Positions 11,497-21,540 of a DNA stretch of 64,000 nucleotides are shown here, piece by piece. The DNA lies in the NCBI GenBank assembly GCA_031362565.1, contig JANLSU010000054.1, positions 29,357 through 93,356 of the forward strand. Reading direction: 5' to 3'. Within the stretch, counting starts at the first letter, position 1; every line of letters starts with the position of its first letter. A model generated the notes under the pieces. It had not been told where the DNA came from. It saw nothing but the letters and a program-made list of their open reading frames with translations, and made no database searches. Both the position numbers and the translations under genes were made by a program. This DNA is from a bacterium (GTDB lineage: Bacteria; Krumholzibacteriota; Krumholzibacteriia; G020349025).

Positions 11497-12828
11497 ATGA
11501 GGGCGATTCGACTCGTGACGCCGGTCCCCGGGCCCCGAAGCCAGCAACTGCTGGCGGCGCGCCGCCAGTGGGTGTCGGCCGGGGTGTCGGAAGCGCGGCA
11601 CGGGGTGTTTTTCGCGCGCGGTCAGGGCGCGCGACTCGAAGACGTGGACGGCAACGTGTTTTTGGATTTCGCGGGTGGCATCGGCTGCATGAACGCCGGC
11701 CATTCGGCGCCGCGGGTCGTCGAGCGCGCCCGCGCCCAAATGGATGCATTGCAGCATGCGTGCTTCATGGTGGCGCCGTACGAACCGTACGTGGCGTTGG
11801 CAGCCAAACTCTGCGCCATTGCACCGGGCGTGGGACCGAAAAAGGCGGCGCTTTTCACCAGTGGCGCGGAAGCGGTCGAAAACGCCGTCAAGATTGCGCG
11901 CCGTGCCACGGGCCGTCCGGCGGTGCTCGCCTTCGACCCCGGCTTCCACGGCCGCACACTGCTCGCCATGACGCTCACCAGCAAGACGACGCCGTATCGC
12001 GACGGTTTCGGCCCGTTCGCGCCGGAAGTCTATCGCTTCCCGGTTCCCGATCTCTTGCGGCGGCCGCGCGGCATGTCGGAAGACGAATGTATTGCGCGCG
12101 GCAGCGCCGATCTCCAGCGCTTCTTGAAAAGCAACGTGAATCCCGCCTCGATCGCCTGCGCCATCATCGAACCGGTTTTGGGCGAGGGCGGCTTCATCGT
12201 GCCACCGGCGGAATTCTTGCGGGGGTTGCAAGCGCTTTGTCGCGAACACGGAATTCTATTCGTCGCGGACGAAGTGCAAAGTGGGTTCGGGCGTACGGGT
12301 GCGATGTTCGCCTGCGAGCATCTCGGACTCGAACCCGATCTTGTGACGCTTGCGAAATCGCTCTCGAACGGCTTCCCGCTCGGCGCCGTCGTCGGGCGCG
12401 CCGAAGTCATGGACGCCGTTCAACCGGGCGGGTTGGGCGGCACGTTCGGCGGCAATCCGGTGGCTTGCGCGGCGGCACTCGGCGCCATCGAAACGATCGA
12501 GCAGGAAGGCCTGGTCGCTCGCGCCCAAGTCATCGGCGAAGTCGTTGGCGCACGCTTCGCCGCCTGGCGGGACCGTTTCGCATTCATCGGCGACGTGCGT
12601 GGGGTCGGCGCCATGCGCGCCCTCGAGATCGTGCGCGACCGCGACAGCCTCGAGCCCGACAAGGCGCGCACCGAGCGCGTTGTGGATGGAGCCGCGCGCC
12701 GCGGCCTGCTGATGGTCACGGCCGGCCTGTATGGCAACGTGATTCGAACCCTCATGCCGCTCGGCATCGCGGATGATGAACTGCGCGAGGGCCTCGATGT
12801 CCTCGAAGCGTGTTTGGCGGAGGCATGA
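11497..12828 (+). CDS. gabT: 4-aminobutyrate/5-aminovalerate aminotransferase
   Basis: DVDGN.FLDFAGGIG, SGAEAVENA, FHGRT, EPVLGEGG, DEVQSGFGRTG, AKS, GGTFGGNP. Confidence 0.9.
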   Translation: MRAIRLVTPVPGPRSQQLLAARRQWVSAGVSEARHGVFFARGQGARLEDVDGNVFLDFAGGIGCMNAGHSAPRVVERARAQMDALQHACFMVAPYEPYVALAAKLCAIAPGVGPKKAALFTSGAEAVENAVKIARRATGRPAVLAFDPGFHGRTLLAMTLTSKTTPYRDGFGPFAPEVYRFPVPDLLRRPRGMSEDECIARGSADLQRFLKSNVNPASIACAIIEPVLGEGGFIVPPAEFLRGLQALCREHGILFVADEVQSGFGRTGAMFACEHLGLEPDLVTLAKSLSNGFPLGAVVGRAEVMDAVQPGGLGGTFGGNPVACAAALGAIETIEQEGLVARAQVIGEVVGARFAAWRDRFAFIGDVRGVGAMRALEIVRDRDSLEPDKARTERVVDGAARRGLLMVTAGLYGNVIRTLMPLGIADDELREGLDVLEACLAEA

Positions 12829-14072
12829 GCGCGCCGCGCCAGAAACAAATCACGCGCCGCGTCGTGATCTTGGGCGGCGCCGGTGCGATGGGGCGCATTA
12901 CGATCCGCGACTTCCTGCGTACGGCGCGCGGCCGGATCGAAGTCGTGGTCGGCGATCGCGACGCGGAGGCGGCGCGCGATCTTGGCGTTGCGACGGTTGC
13001 GGTCGACGTCAACGACCCGGCCAGTTTGCGCCGGGCGCTCGACGGCGCCTTCGCGGTCATTGCGTCGCTGCCCTATCGCTTCAACGAAGCGGCGATGCAG
13101 GGCGCGCTCGCGGCGGGTGCACACTACGTCGACTTGGGCGGGCTGTTCCATATCACGCGGCGGCAATTCGCGCTGGCGCGCGACTTCGAATCCGCCGGGC
13201 TGATGGCGATTCTCGGCATGGGGTCGGCGCCGGGCATCTTGAACATCCTCGCCGTGCGCGGGGCCGAGGGCCTGGATCGCGTCCACGAGATTCATTGCAT
13301 GGTGGGAGCCGTCGATCACACGCGTTATCGCAACGTCCCGCCACTCGGATTCGGCTACTCGCCCGACACGCTTCTCGATGAATTCCTGATGGAGTCCGCC
13401 GTCTTTCGCGCCGGTAAGTTCCGGATGGTGCCGGCGCTCGATCCCGGCGAGCAAGTCGCGGAGCGGTTTCCCGCGCCCGTTGGCCGCGTGATGCTGCACT
13501 CGACGCTGCATTCGGAAGTCGCGATGCTGCCGCTGTCGTTTGCGGCGCGTGGCGTGCGCGAAGTGACGTTCCGGCAGGGTTTCGAACCCGAGACACTGGA
13601 ACGACTGCAATTTGTCGTGCGGATGGGTCTCGCCGACACCGAGCCACTCGTGCTCGGCGCCGGCCGCGGCGGGGCACGCGGCGTAGATGCAGCCGGCGCC
13701 CCCGTCAGCCGCCGCGTCATTCCACGCGATGTGTTGAACGCGCTATTGGCGCGCTTCCCAGCGCCCGAGCCGGTCGGCAAACAAAGCCGCTATGAAATCC
13801 TGCGCACCCGCGTCGTCGGTCTGCAAAAGGGCCGCAAGGTGTCCGTCGTCGCCGATTGTCACGCCGGCCCGCGCGCCGGTTGGGGCATCGGCCCGGATAT
13901 CGATACCGGCGCGCCGCCTTCGATCGCCGTGCAGCTCTTGGCTTCCGGCGAGATGCCGGTGCGTCCCGGAGTGTGGGCCTGCGAACAAGTCGTGCCCGCC
14001 GCCCCCTTCATTCGCGAACTCGAACGCCGCGGCATGCAAGTCAAGGTGCGCCGCGAAGCCAAGCCGCGCTAA
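12825..14072 (+). CDS. Saccharopine dehydrogenase / lysine 6-dehydrogenase family oxidoreductase
   Basis: Rossmann GGAGAMG, HYVDLGG, GMGSAPG, LHSE, PGVWACE. ATG overlaps the gabT stop (ATGA). Confidence 0.85.
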   Translation: MSAPRQKQITRRVVILGGAGAMGRITIRDFLRTARGRIEVVVGDRDAEAARDLGVATVAVDVNDPASLRRALDGAFAVIASLPYRFNEAAMQGALAAGAHYVDLGGLFHITRRQFALARDFESAGLMAILGMGSAPGILNILAVRGAEGLDRVHEIHCMVGAVDHTRYRNVPPLGFGYSPDTLLDEFLMESAVFRAGKFRMVPALDPGEQVAERFPAPVGRVMLHSTLHSEVAMLPLSFAARGVREVTFRQGFEPETLERLQFVVRMGLADTEPLVLGAGRGGARGVDAAGAPVSRRVIPRDVLNALLARFPAPEPVGKQSRYEILRTRVVGLQKGRKVSVVADCHAGPRAGWGIGPDIDTGAPPSIAVQLLASGEMPVRPGVWACEQVVPAAPFIRELERRGMQVKVRREAKPR

Positions 14073-14263
14073 GGCGTTGCTCTGGCCGCCATCGGGCGCG
14101 AGTTCCACCGCCTTAACGCGCGTTTCGACTGCCAAGCCACCACAGGCCGCGCCGAAGCTCCGGCTTCAGTGCCCCGCAAGACGGAAAACGTCGAGACACT
14201 CTCTCGTGCCCCGATTGCCCCGCACAGCATTCGCCCCAGACGAGTCCGCCCTCGCCACCGGCA

Positions 14264-14297
14264 TTGTTGTCTTGCAAGCACTCGTTCCAGAACGAGT
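14264..14297. repeat. Orphan copy of the palindromic HNH-element end motif
   Basis: TTGTTGTCTTGCAAGCACTCGTTCCAGAACGAGT closely matches 53445-53478. The core ACTCGTTC-CA-GAACGAGT is an inverted repeat. Confidence 0.8.
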
Positions 14298-14795
14298 CCG
14301 CTTCCGGTGTCGAACCTGTTGTTCTTTCCTGGGCTCGTCGGGCGAGTACACATCGCTTTTGGGCAAGGGCGTGCCATGACTGGGGGTGAGTCGAGAGGCT
14401 TCTGTCTCGCTTCACGGAGAGGCTGGCCACAGTGCCACGTTCGGCTTTCGCAGTGGGACCGCCGCGTGTCGGTGGTTTTCAAAGAGCGCGCCGGCGCTCC
14501 AGGGCGCCGATGGCTTGGCAATCGCACCGCGCTTCGCATTCGACGTGCCATGAGTGTTGCTCGAGGAAAACGGGGCTACACCCCGGTTTGTCGAAACCTC
14601 GCGCCCGTGAATTGTCTACGGGAGAGATGGGCATCCGTCCACGACGTTGACACGGGCACGGAGCACGAGGCGATGCCGCGGGCTCGCCACAATCAGAGCT
14701 CCGCGGGAAGTCGCTGGCCCTGCGGGCGAGGTGCTGCGACGCGACCCGATGGACTTCCGAGGCGCCTGCAACGATGCTGCGGGCTGGGAGGCGGG

Positions 14796-15728
14796 ATGCG
14801 CTCGTCCGGGCAATGGCGTCGGTTCTTGGCTCGTCACCGGGCCATCTCGACCGCGAGCGGGCTCGTGGTCGCGGTCGGCATCGTGGCCTTCGTGCGGCTG
14901 CCCGAGGCGTCCGGTTTTCGCGGCGCCGGCGCCGCTGCCGCTCAGCCGCTCTTGCCGCTCGCGGTCCTCGCGCACAGGCCAGCAGCACCACCCGGAAAGG
15001 TCGTCGCTTTGAGTGGCATCCGGATGTACTACGAAGAGCACGGCACGGGTGCGGCGCTCGTGCTCTTGCACGGCGGGGCCGGCAACGGCATGCAATTCGA
15101 AAAGCAGTTGCCCGACTTCATTCCACACTATCGGTGCATCGTGCCGGATCTAACAGGCCAAGGCCGGACCACGGACCGGCCCGGGCCGCTCACGTACCAC
15201 GCCATGGCGGACGACGTCGTGGCGCTGCTCGACAAACTGCATGTCGAAACCGCGGATCTCATGGGGTGGAGCGACGGCGGCGTCGTCGGCATCGACATCG
15301 CCATTCATCATCCGGAGCGGTTGCGGCATCTCGTGACGTTCGGAGCCAATTTCGCGCCCGATGGCCTGAACGCACCGGACGTCCATTGGAACCAGACGGC
15401 GACCGCCGACAGCTTCGGCCCCGGCATGCGCGAGGGTTATCAACGGCTTTCCCCGGAACCCGCCAACTACGAACAAGTCATGAACAAGATCATTGCGCTG
15501 TGGCGCGATCAGCCGAATTTCACGCTCGAAGAGTTGCGCTCGATTCGCACCCCGGCGCTGATCGCCGCCGGCGAACACGATGTCGTCCGCACCGACCATA
15601 CCCAGGCGCTCGCGGCAGCGATTCCCGGCGCCCGCCTGTGGATCGTGCCTGGCGCCTCGCATAGCGCGATGCAAGAACAGCCGGTGCTCGTCAACAAGAC
15701 GGTGCTCGAGTTCCTCGCCACGCCTTGA
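14796..15728 (+). CDS. Alpha/beta hydrolase with N-terminal membrane anchor or signal
   Basis: LLHGG, GQGRT, nucleophile GWSDG, GEHD, ASH. Start uncertain. Confidence 0.85.
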   Translation: MRSSGQWRRFLARHRAISTASGLVVAVGIVAFVRLPEASGFRGAGAAAAQPLLPLAVLAHRPAAPPGKVVALSGIRMYYEEHGTGAALVLLHGGAGNGMQFEKQLPDFIPHYRCIVPDLTGQGRTTDRPGPLTYHAMADDVVALLDKLHVETADLMGWSDGGVVGIDIAIHHPERLRHLVTFGANFAPDGLNAPDVHWNQTATADSFGPGMREGYQRLSPEPANYEQVMNKIIALWRDQPNFTLEELRSIRTPALIAAGEHDVVRTDHTQALAAAIPGARLWIVPGASHSAMQEQPVLVNKTVLEFLATP

Positions 15729-15734
15729 AGCGAA

Positions 15735-16853
<1,119 letters not shown>

Positions 16854-17025
16854 GAGGTCCCCTCTCGCCAAAGCGTGAGCAACGCTGGATCATAGCCTAA
16901 ATCAGCTCGATCGCGGCGACCGCCTTGCGGTCCAAGGGCGCGATGCTCAAGTATGGAGAGCGCAGTCCGCGCATCTTGCCCTGTCAACCAGTCACGGGGT
17001 GATAGTGAAACAAGCTCTGGCGCGA

Positions 17026-18504
17026 ATGGCGCGACGGCCGGCGTTTCTCTGGATCGCGCTGCTCGTCCTCACGCTCTGCCACTGCGGGCGTCCCGACGCC
17101 GCGCTGCAGCGGACCGCAGTCGAGGCACCTGCAAACGCGGCCCCGAATCAGGCGTCGCCGGCGCTCGGCGCCGCCGAGATTGCATTCCTCGACACTCTCG
17201 AAGCACGCACGTTTCAATTTTTCTGGGATTGCAGTGACCCGCGCTCCGGGCTCACGCCCGACCGTTGGCCGACGCAATCGTTCGCGAGCGTCAGCGCGAC
17301 GGGTTTCGCACTGACTGCATACCCCATTGGCGTCGAGCGTGGTTATGTGTCGCGCGGCCAGGCGCGGTCGCGCGTCTTGAATACGCTGCGCTTCTTCTGG
17401 ACGGCACCGCAGGACACGGCGCGGACCGGTGTACTCGGCTACCGCGGCTTCTTCTACCATTTTGTCGACCCGGCAACGGGACATCGTTTCGAGACGGTCG
17501 AGTTGTCGACCGTCGATACGGCGCTCTTCTTGGCGGGCGCGCTCTTCTGCCAGTCGTACTTCGACGGCCCGGAAGCAACCGAAGTGGCGATTCGCGCCAT
17601 CACGGATTCGTTGGTGGGGCGTGCCGACTGGCAATGGGCGCAGGTGCGGCCGCCGGCGATCGGGCACGGCTGGTCGCCGGAACAAGGGGCGCTGCCCTAC
17701 GACTGGCGCGGCTACAACGAAGCCACCTTGTTGTATCTGTTGGCCCTCGGTTCACCGACTCATCCGGTCGGCATCGACGCTTGGCACGAATACACCTCGC
17801 GCTACAAATGGGGCACGTTCGAGGGCCAGGAACATGTCGGCTTTGCGCCGCTTTTTGGACATCAGTACTCGCATGCGTGGATCGACTTCCGCGGCATCCA
17901 AGATGAGTTCATGCGCGGACGCGGCATCGACTATTTCGAGAATTCACGCCGCGCGACGCTGGCGCAGCGCGCTTACGGCCTGGCCAACCCGGGGAAGTGG
18001 GTGGGCTATGGGCCGAAGTTGTGGGGCCTGACGGCTTGTGACGGTCCACTAGACGGCACGCTCACGATCGCGGGGCGAGCGCGGGAATTCCACACCTATT
18101 GGGCGCGCGGCGCGTCCTTCACCGAAGTTCACGACGATGGCACCGTGTCGCCGGCAGCGGCCGGTGGCTCGATCCCGTTCGCACCGGAGGTCACGATCCC
18201 GGTGCTCATGGCCATGCGCGCGACCTACGGCGAGCACGTCTTCGGGAAGTACGGCTTCGTTGATGCACTCAATCCAACGATCGTCGACCCCACGGCGACG
18301 CACCACGGCCAAGTCGTGAAGGGGCTCGGGTGGTTCGACATCGACTACTTGGGGATCGACCAAGGTCCAATTTTGATCATGGCGGAAAACTATCGGACCG
18401 GCCTTGTCTGGCGCACGATGCAGCGCAATCCGCATATTGTGCGTGGGCTGCGTGCGGCCGGCTTCACGGGCGGCTGGCTCGACACCGCGCCGGAGAAGCG
18501 CTGA
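17026..18504 (+). CDS. 'Glucoamylase-family' GH144-like endo-beta-1,2-glucanase, probable lipoprotein
   Basis: GLTPDRWP, GFFYHF, ELSTVDT, GYNEA, PLFGHQYSH, DYFENSR, WGLTACDGP, GIDQGP motifs. Hydrophobic N-terminus ending in Cys. Confidence 0.85.
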   Translation: MARRPAFLWIALLVLTLCHCGRPDAALQRTAVEAPANAAPNQASPALGAAEIAFLDTLEARTFQFFWDCSDPRSGLTPDRWPTQSFASVSATGFALTAYPIGVERGYVSRGQARSRVLNTLRFFWTAPQDTARTGVLGYRGFFYHFVDPATGHRFETVELSTVDTALFLAGALFCQSYFDGPEATEVAIRAITDSLVGRADWQWAQVRPPAIGHGWSPEQGALPYDWRGYNEATLLYLLALGSPTHPVGIDAWHEYTSRYKWGTFEGQEHVGFAPLFGHQYSHAWIDFRGIQDEFMRGRGIDYFENSRRATLAQRAYGLANPGKWVGYGPKLWGLTACDGPLDGTLTIAGRAREFHTYWARGASFTEVHDDGTVSPAAAGGSIPFAPEVTIPVLMAMRATYGEHVFGKYGFVDALNPTIVDPTATHHGQVVKGLGWFDIDYLGIDQGPILIMAENYRTGLVWRTMQRNPHIVRGLRAAGFTGGWLDTAPEKR

Positions 18505-19826
18505 TGCAGCGGCGAGTGCGTCGCGGGGCGGCGGTCGCGGCGCTAGCGTCGGCACTGCTGGTTTGCGGGACACTCGTTACCGGATGCCGTGAAGACAGCA
18601 ACTCGCTGCAGCTTTGGGCCATGGGGCGCGAGGGTGAAGTCGTGCAGGAACTCGTGCACGACTTCGAACGCCTGCATCCAGGCATCCACGTGCGGGTGCA
18701 GCAGATTCCATGGTCGGCGGCGCATGAGAAACTGCTGACGGCGTACGTCGGGCGATCGACACCGGATGTGGCCCAGCTCGGCAACACGTGGGTGTCGGAG
18801 TTCTCGGCGCTGAACGCCCTCGAGCCGCTCGACCCATGGGTCGCGCGCTCGACCACAGTCGCGCGTACGGACTTCTTCGACGGCATTTGGGATACCAACG
18901 TCATCGACAACGTGCTGTATGGCGTGCCGTGGTACGTCGATACGCGCGTTCTCTTCTATCGCAAGGATCTACTGACCAAGGCCGGCTGGGATTCCTTGCC
19001 GTCCACGTGGCCCGAGTGGAAGCGCGCCATGCAGGCCGTAAAGCGAGCCGCGGGACCAGGCAAGTTTGCGATCTTGTTGCCGGTGAACGAGTGGCCTCCG
19101 GCCATCATCCTGGGTCTGCAGGCGGGTTCCAAGTTGTTGCGCGACAGCGACACGCGCGGTGCCTTCTCCGAGCCGGAGTTTCGCACCGCCTTCGATTTCT
19201 ACCTGGATCTCTTCCGGAGCGGCCTCGCGCCGCCCGTCACCAACAACGACATCGCCAACGTCTACAACGAATTCGCCAAGGGCTATTTCTCGATGTACAT
19301 CACCGGGCCGTGGAACTTGGGAGAATTCGCGCGGCGTCTGCCGCCCGAGCTGCAGAATGCCTGGGCCACGGCGCCGATCCCGGGAATGGACGCGGCACAC
19401 CCCGGCGTTTCGTTGGCAGGCGGATCGAGTCTGGTTCTGTTCCGCAGCTCGCACCGCAAAGAGGCGGCCTGGCAACTCGTCGAGTACTTGTCACAGCCCG
19501 AAGTGCAGTTGCGCTTCTACCGCTCGGTCGGCGATCTGCCGGCGCGTGTCGAAGCCTGGCGCGACACGTCGCTCTCGGGCGATGCGCGCATCCGCGCTTT
19601 TGGGAAGCAACTCGAACACGTCGTCTCGACGCCCAAGATTCCGGAGTGGGAATTGATCACGACTCGCGTTCAGGAGCGCACCGAACTCGCGGTGCGCGGC
19701 GGGGCTTCGGCGGATTCGGCGCTGGCTCTCCTGGACCGTGACGTGAATCGAATGCTGGAGAAACGCCGCTGGCTCATCCAGCGCGCGCATGCCGCGGCGC
19801 ACACTGCCGGCGCAGGAGGGCCATGA
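18504..19826 (+). CDS. Sugar ABC transporter substrate-binding lipoprotein
   Basis: Lipobox VTGC, PDVAQLG, GVPWYVDTR.LFYRKDL, GGSSL. Translationally coupled to the upstream gene. Confidence 0.92.
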   Translation: MQRRVRRGAAVAALASALLVCGTLVTGCREDSNSLQLWAMGREGEVVQELVHDFERLHPGIHVRVQQIPWSAAHEKLLTAYVGRSTPDVAQLGNTWVSEFSALNALEPLDPWVARSTTVARTDFFDGIWDTNVIDNVLYGVPWYVDTRVLFYRKDLLTKAGWDSLPSTWPEWKRAMQAVKRAAGPGKFAILLPVNEWPPAIILGLQAGSKLLRDSDTRGAFSEPEFRTAFDFYLDLFRSGLAPPVTNNDIANVYNEFAKGYFSMYITGPWNLGEFARRLPPELQNAWATAPIPGMDAAHPGVSLAGGSSLVLFRSSHRKEAAWQLVEYLSQPEVQLRFYRSVGDLPARVEAWRDTSLSGDARIRAFGKQLEHVVSTPKIPEWELITTRVQERTELAVRGGASADSALALLDRDVNRMLEKRRWLIQRAHAAAHTAGAGGP

Positions 19827-20713
19827 GGAACGCCCTCGAACGCCAGCAGTCGCGCGCCGCGTGGTTCTTCGTGGGACCGGCGTTGACGCTCATCGCGGTG
19901 TTTTTCTTCATCCCGGTGCTGGGCGGGTTTGTGCTCAGCCTGACGGATTTCGATTTATATGCGGTTGGAGCGCCGGGCACGGCGCGCTTCGTCGGCTTGC
20001 GGAACTACGTGCAAACGATTTCGAACCCGCTCTTCCTGGGGGCGCTGCGCAACACGTTCTATTTTGTATTGGTGGGCGGGCCGCTGTCGGTCTTGGCGTC
20101 GCTCTTGTCGGCTTTGCTCTTGAGTTCGAAGCTGGTGCGGGGGCGCGCCTTGTTTCGCACCGTGTACTTCGCGCCGCAGGTGACGGCACTCGTTGCCGTC
20201 GCCATTGTCTGGCGCTACATGTATCACCCGCGCTACGGGCTTCTCAATCATTTGCTGGGTGTCTTTCACATTGCGCCGATCGACTGGTTGGGCAATCCGC
20301 ATTGGGCGATGCCGGCCATTATCTTGCTCGCGGTGTGGAAGAACTTCGGCTACAACATGCTCATCTTTGTCGCCGGCCTGCAGAGCATTCCCGAAGAGTT
20401 GTACGAAGCGGCGGCCGTTGATGGCGCGAGCCCGTGGCATCGCTTCGTACACGTGACCTTGCCAGGGCTTGCGCCGACTTTCTTGTTCGTCGGCATCACG
20501 ACCATGATCGGGCAGTTCCAGCTCTTCTCGGAGCCGTATGTCATGACCCAGGGCGGGCCGCTCCGCGCTACGACCAGCTTGGTCCTCCTCATGTACGAAG
20601 AAGGCTTCCGGTGGTGGCGCATGGGCGTCGCCGCCACCATTGCGTTCATTCTGTTCGCGATCACGCTGGCGGGAACTCTGCTGCAGATGCGCCTGCAGGC
20701 GAGGCACAAATGA
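19823..20713 (+). CDS. Sugar ABC transporter permease
   Basis: Hydrophobic; EAA loop ELYEAAAVDGAS. Confidence 0.95.
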   Translation: MRNALERQQSRAAWFFVGPALTLIAVFFFIPVLGGFVLSLTDFDLYAVGAPGTARFVGLRNYVQTISNPLFLGALRNTFYFVLVGGPLSVLASLLSALLLSSKLVRGRALFRTVYFAPQVTALVAVAIVWRYMYHPRYGLLNHLLGVFHIAPIDWLGNPHWAMPAIILLAVWKNFGYNMLIFVAGLQSIPEELYEAAAVDGASPWHRFVHVTLPGLAPTFLFVGITTMIGQFQLFSEPYVMTQGGPLRATTSLVLLMYEEGFRWWRMGVAATIAFILFAITLAGTLLQMRLQARHK

Positions 20714-21534
20714 AGCGCCCGAGCGGCCGGTCGATCGTCCTGCATGTGGTGCTGGCAATCGGCGCCTTGGCGACCGCGGCGCCGCTCCTGTGGATGGTTT
20801 CGGCGTCGTTGATGGCGCCAGGTGAAGCGACGACGGTGCCAATCCGGCTCGTGCCGCATCACGTGACGTTCGAGCACTATGTCGCGCTCTTTACGCGCCT
20901 CAGCCTGGCGCGCCACTTCCTGAGCAGCGTGATCGTGACCGTGTCGGCGACGATCCTTTCGGTGCTGATCAATGGCTTCGCGGGCTACGCTTTTGCCAAG
21001 CTGCATTTCCGCGGCCGTGACCGGTTGTTCCGGACGCTGACACTGGCGCTTGTCATCCCGGCGCAAGTCGGCATGCTGCCGCTCTTTCTCATGCTGCGCG
21101 AGTTGGGGTTCGTGAACACGTACGCGGGCGTCATCATTCCGTATTTGGGCAGCGTCATCGGCATCTTCATGATTCGCCAGTACGTGCTTGGCGTGCCGGA
21201 CGACTTGCTGCACGCCGCCCGGATCGATGGCGCCGGTGAACTGCGGATCTTCTGGACCGTCGTCGTGCCCGTTATCCGCCCGATCCTGGTGACGCTTGCA
21301 ACCTTCATTTTCCTGAGTGCTTGGAACGACTTTATGTGGCCGCTCATCATTCTGAGCGATGATCGCAACTACACCTTGCCGGTGGCACTCGCGAATTTGG
21401 TGGGCGAGCACGTGCTGGACATCGAACTCATGATGGCGGGCTCGGTGCTCACTATTCTGCCGGCCATGGTGGTCTTCATGACCTTCCAACGGGCCTACGT
21501 ACGCGGCATTTTGGCCGGCAGCGTCAAGGGCTGA
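20710..21534 (+). CDS. Sugar ABC transporter permease
   Basis: Hydrophobic; AARIDGAG, WNDFMWPL, C-terminal GSVKG. Confidence 0.95.
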   Translation: MKRPSGRSIVLHVVLAIGALATAAPLLWMVSASLMAPGEATTVPIRLVPHHVTFEHYVALFTRLSLARHFLSSVIVTVSATILSVLINGFAGYAFAKLHFRGRDRLFRTLTLALVIPAQVGMLPLFLMLRELGFVNTYAGVIIPYLGSVIGIFMIRQYVLGVPDDLLHAARIDGAGELRIFWTVVVPVIRPILVTLATFIFLSAWNDFMWPLIILSDDRNYTLPVALANLVGEHVLDIELMMAGSVLTILPAMVVFMTFQRAYVRGILAGSVKG

Positions 21535-21540
21535 CACGTG

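Noticed and set aside
14536..14550. Sigma54-like TGGCAC-N-TGC on the minus strand
   Set aside because: GG-N10-GC spacing fits, but no gene lies downstream on that strand; plausible by chance.
14169..14795. N-terminal extension of the hydrolase ORF to 519 aa
   Set aside because: Not protein-like and spans the repeat-containing gap; a later ATG gives a normal anchor plus hydrolase.
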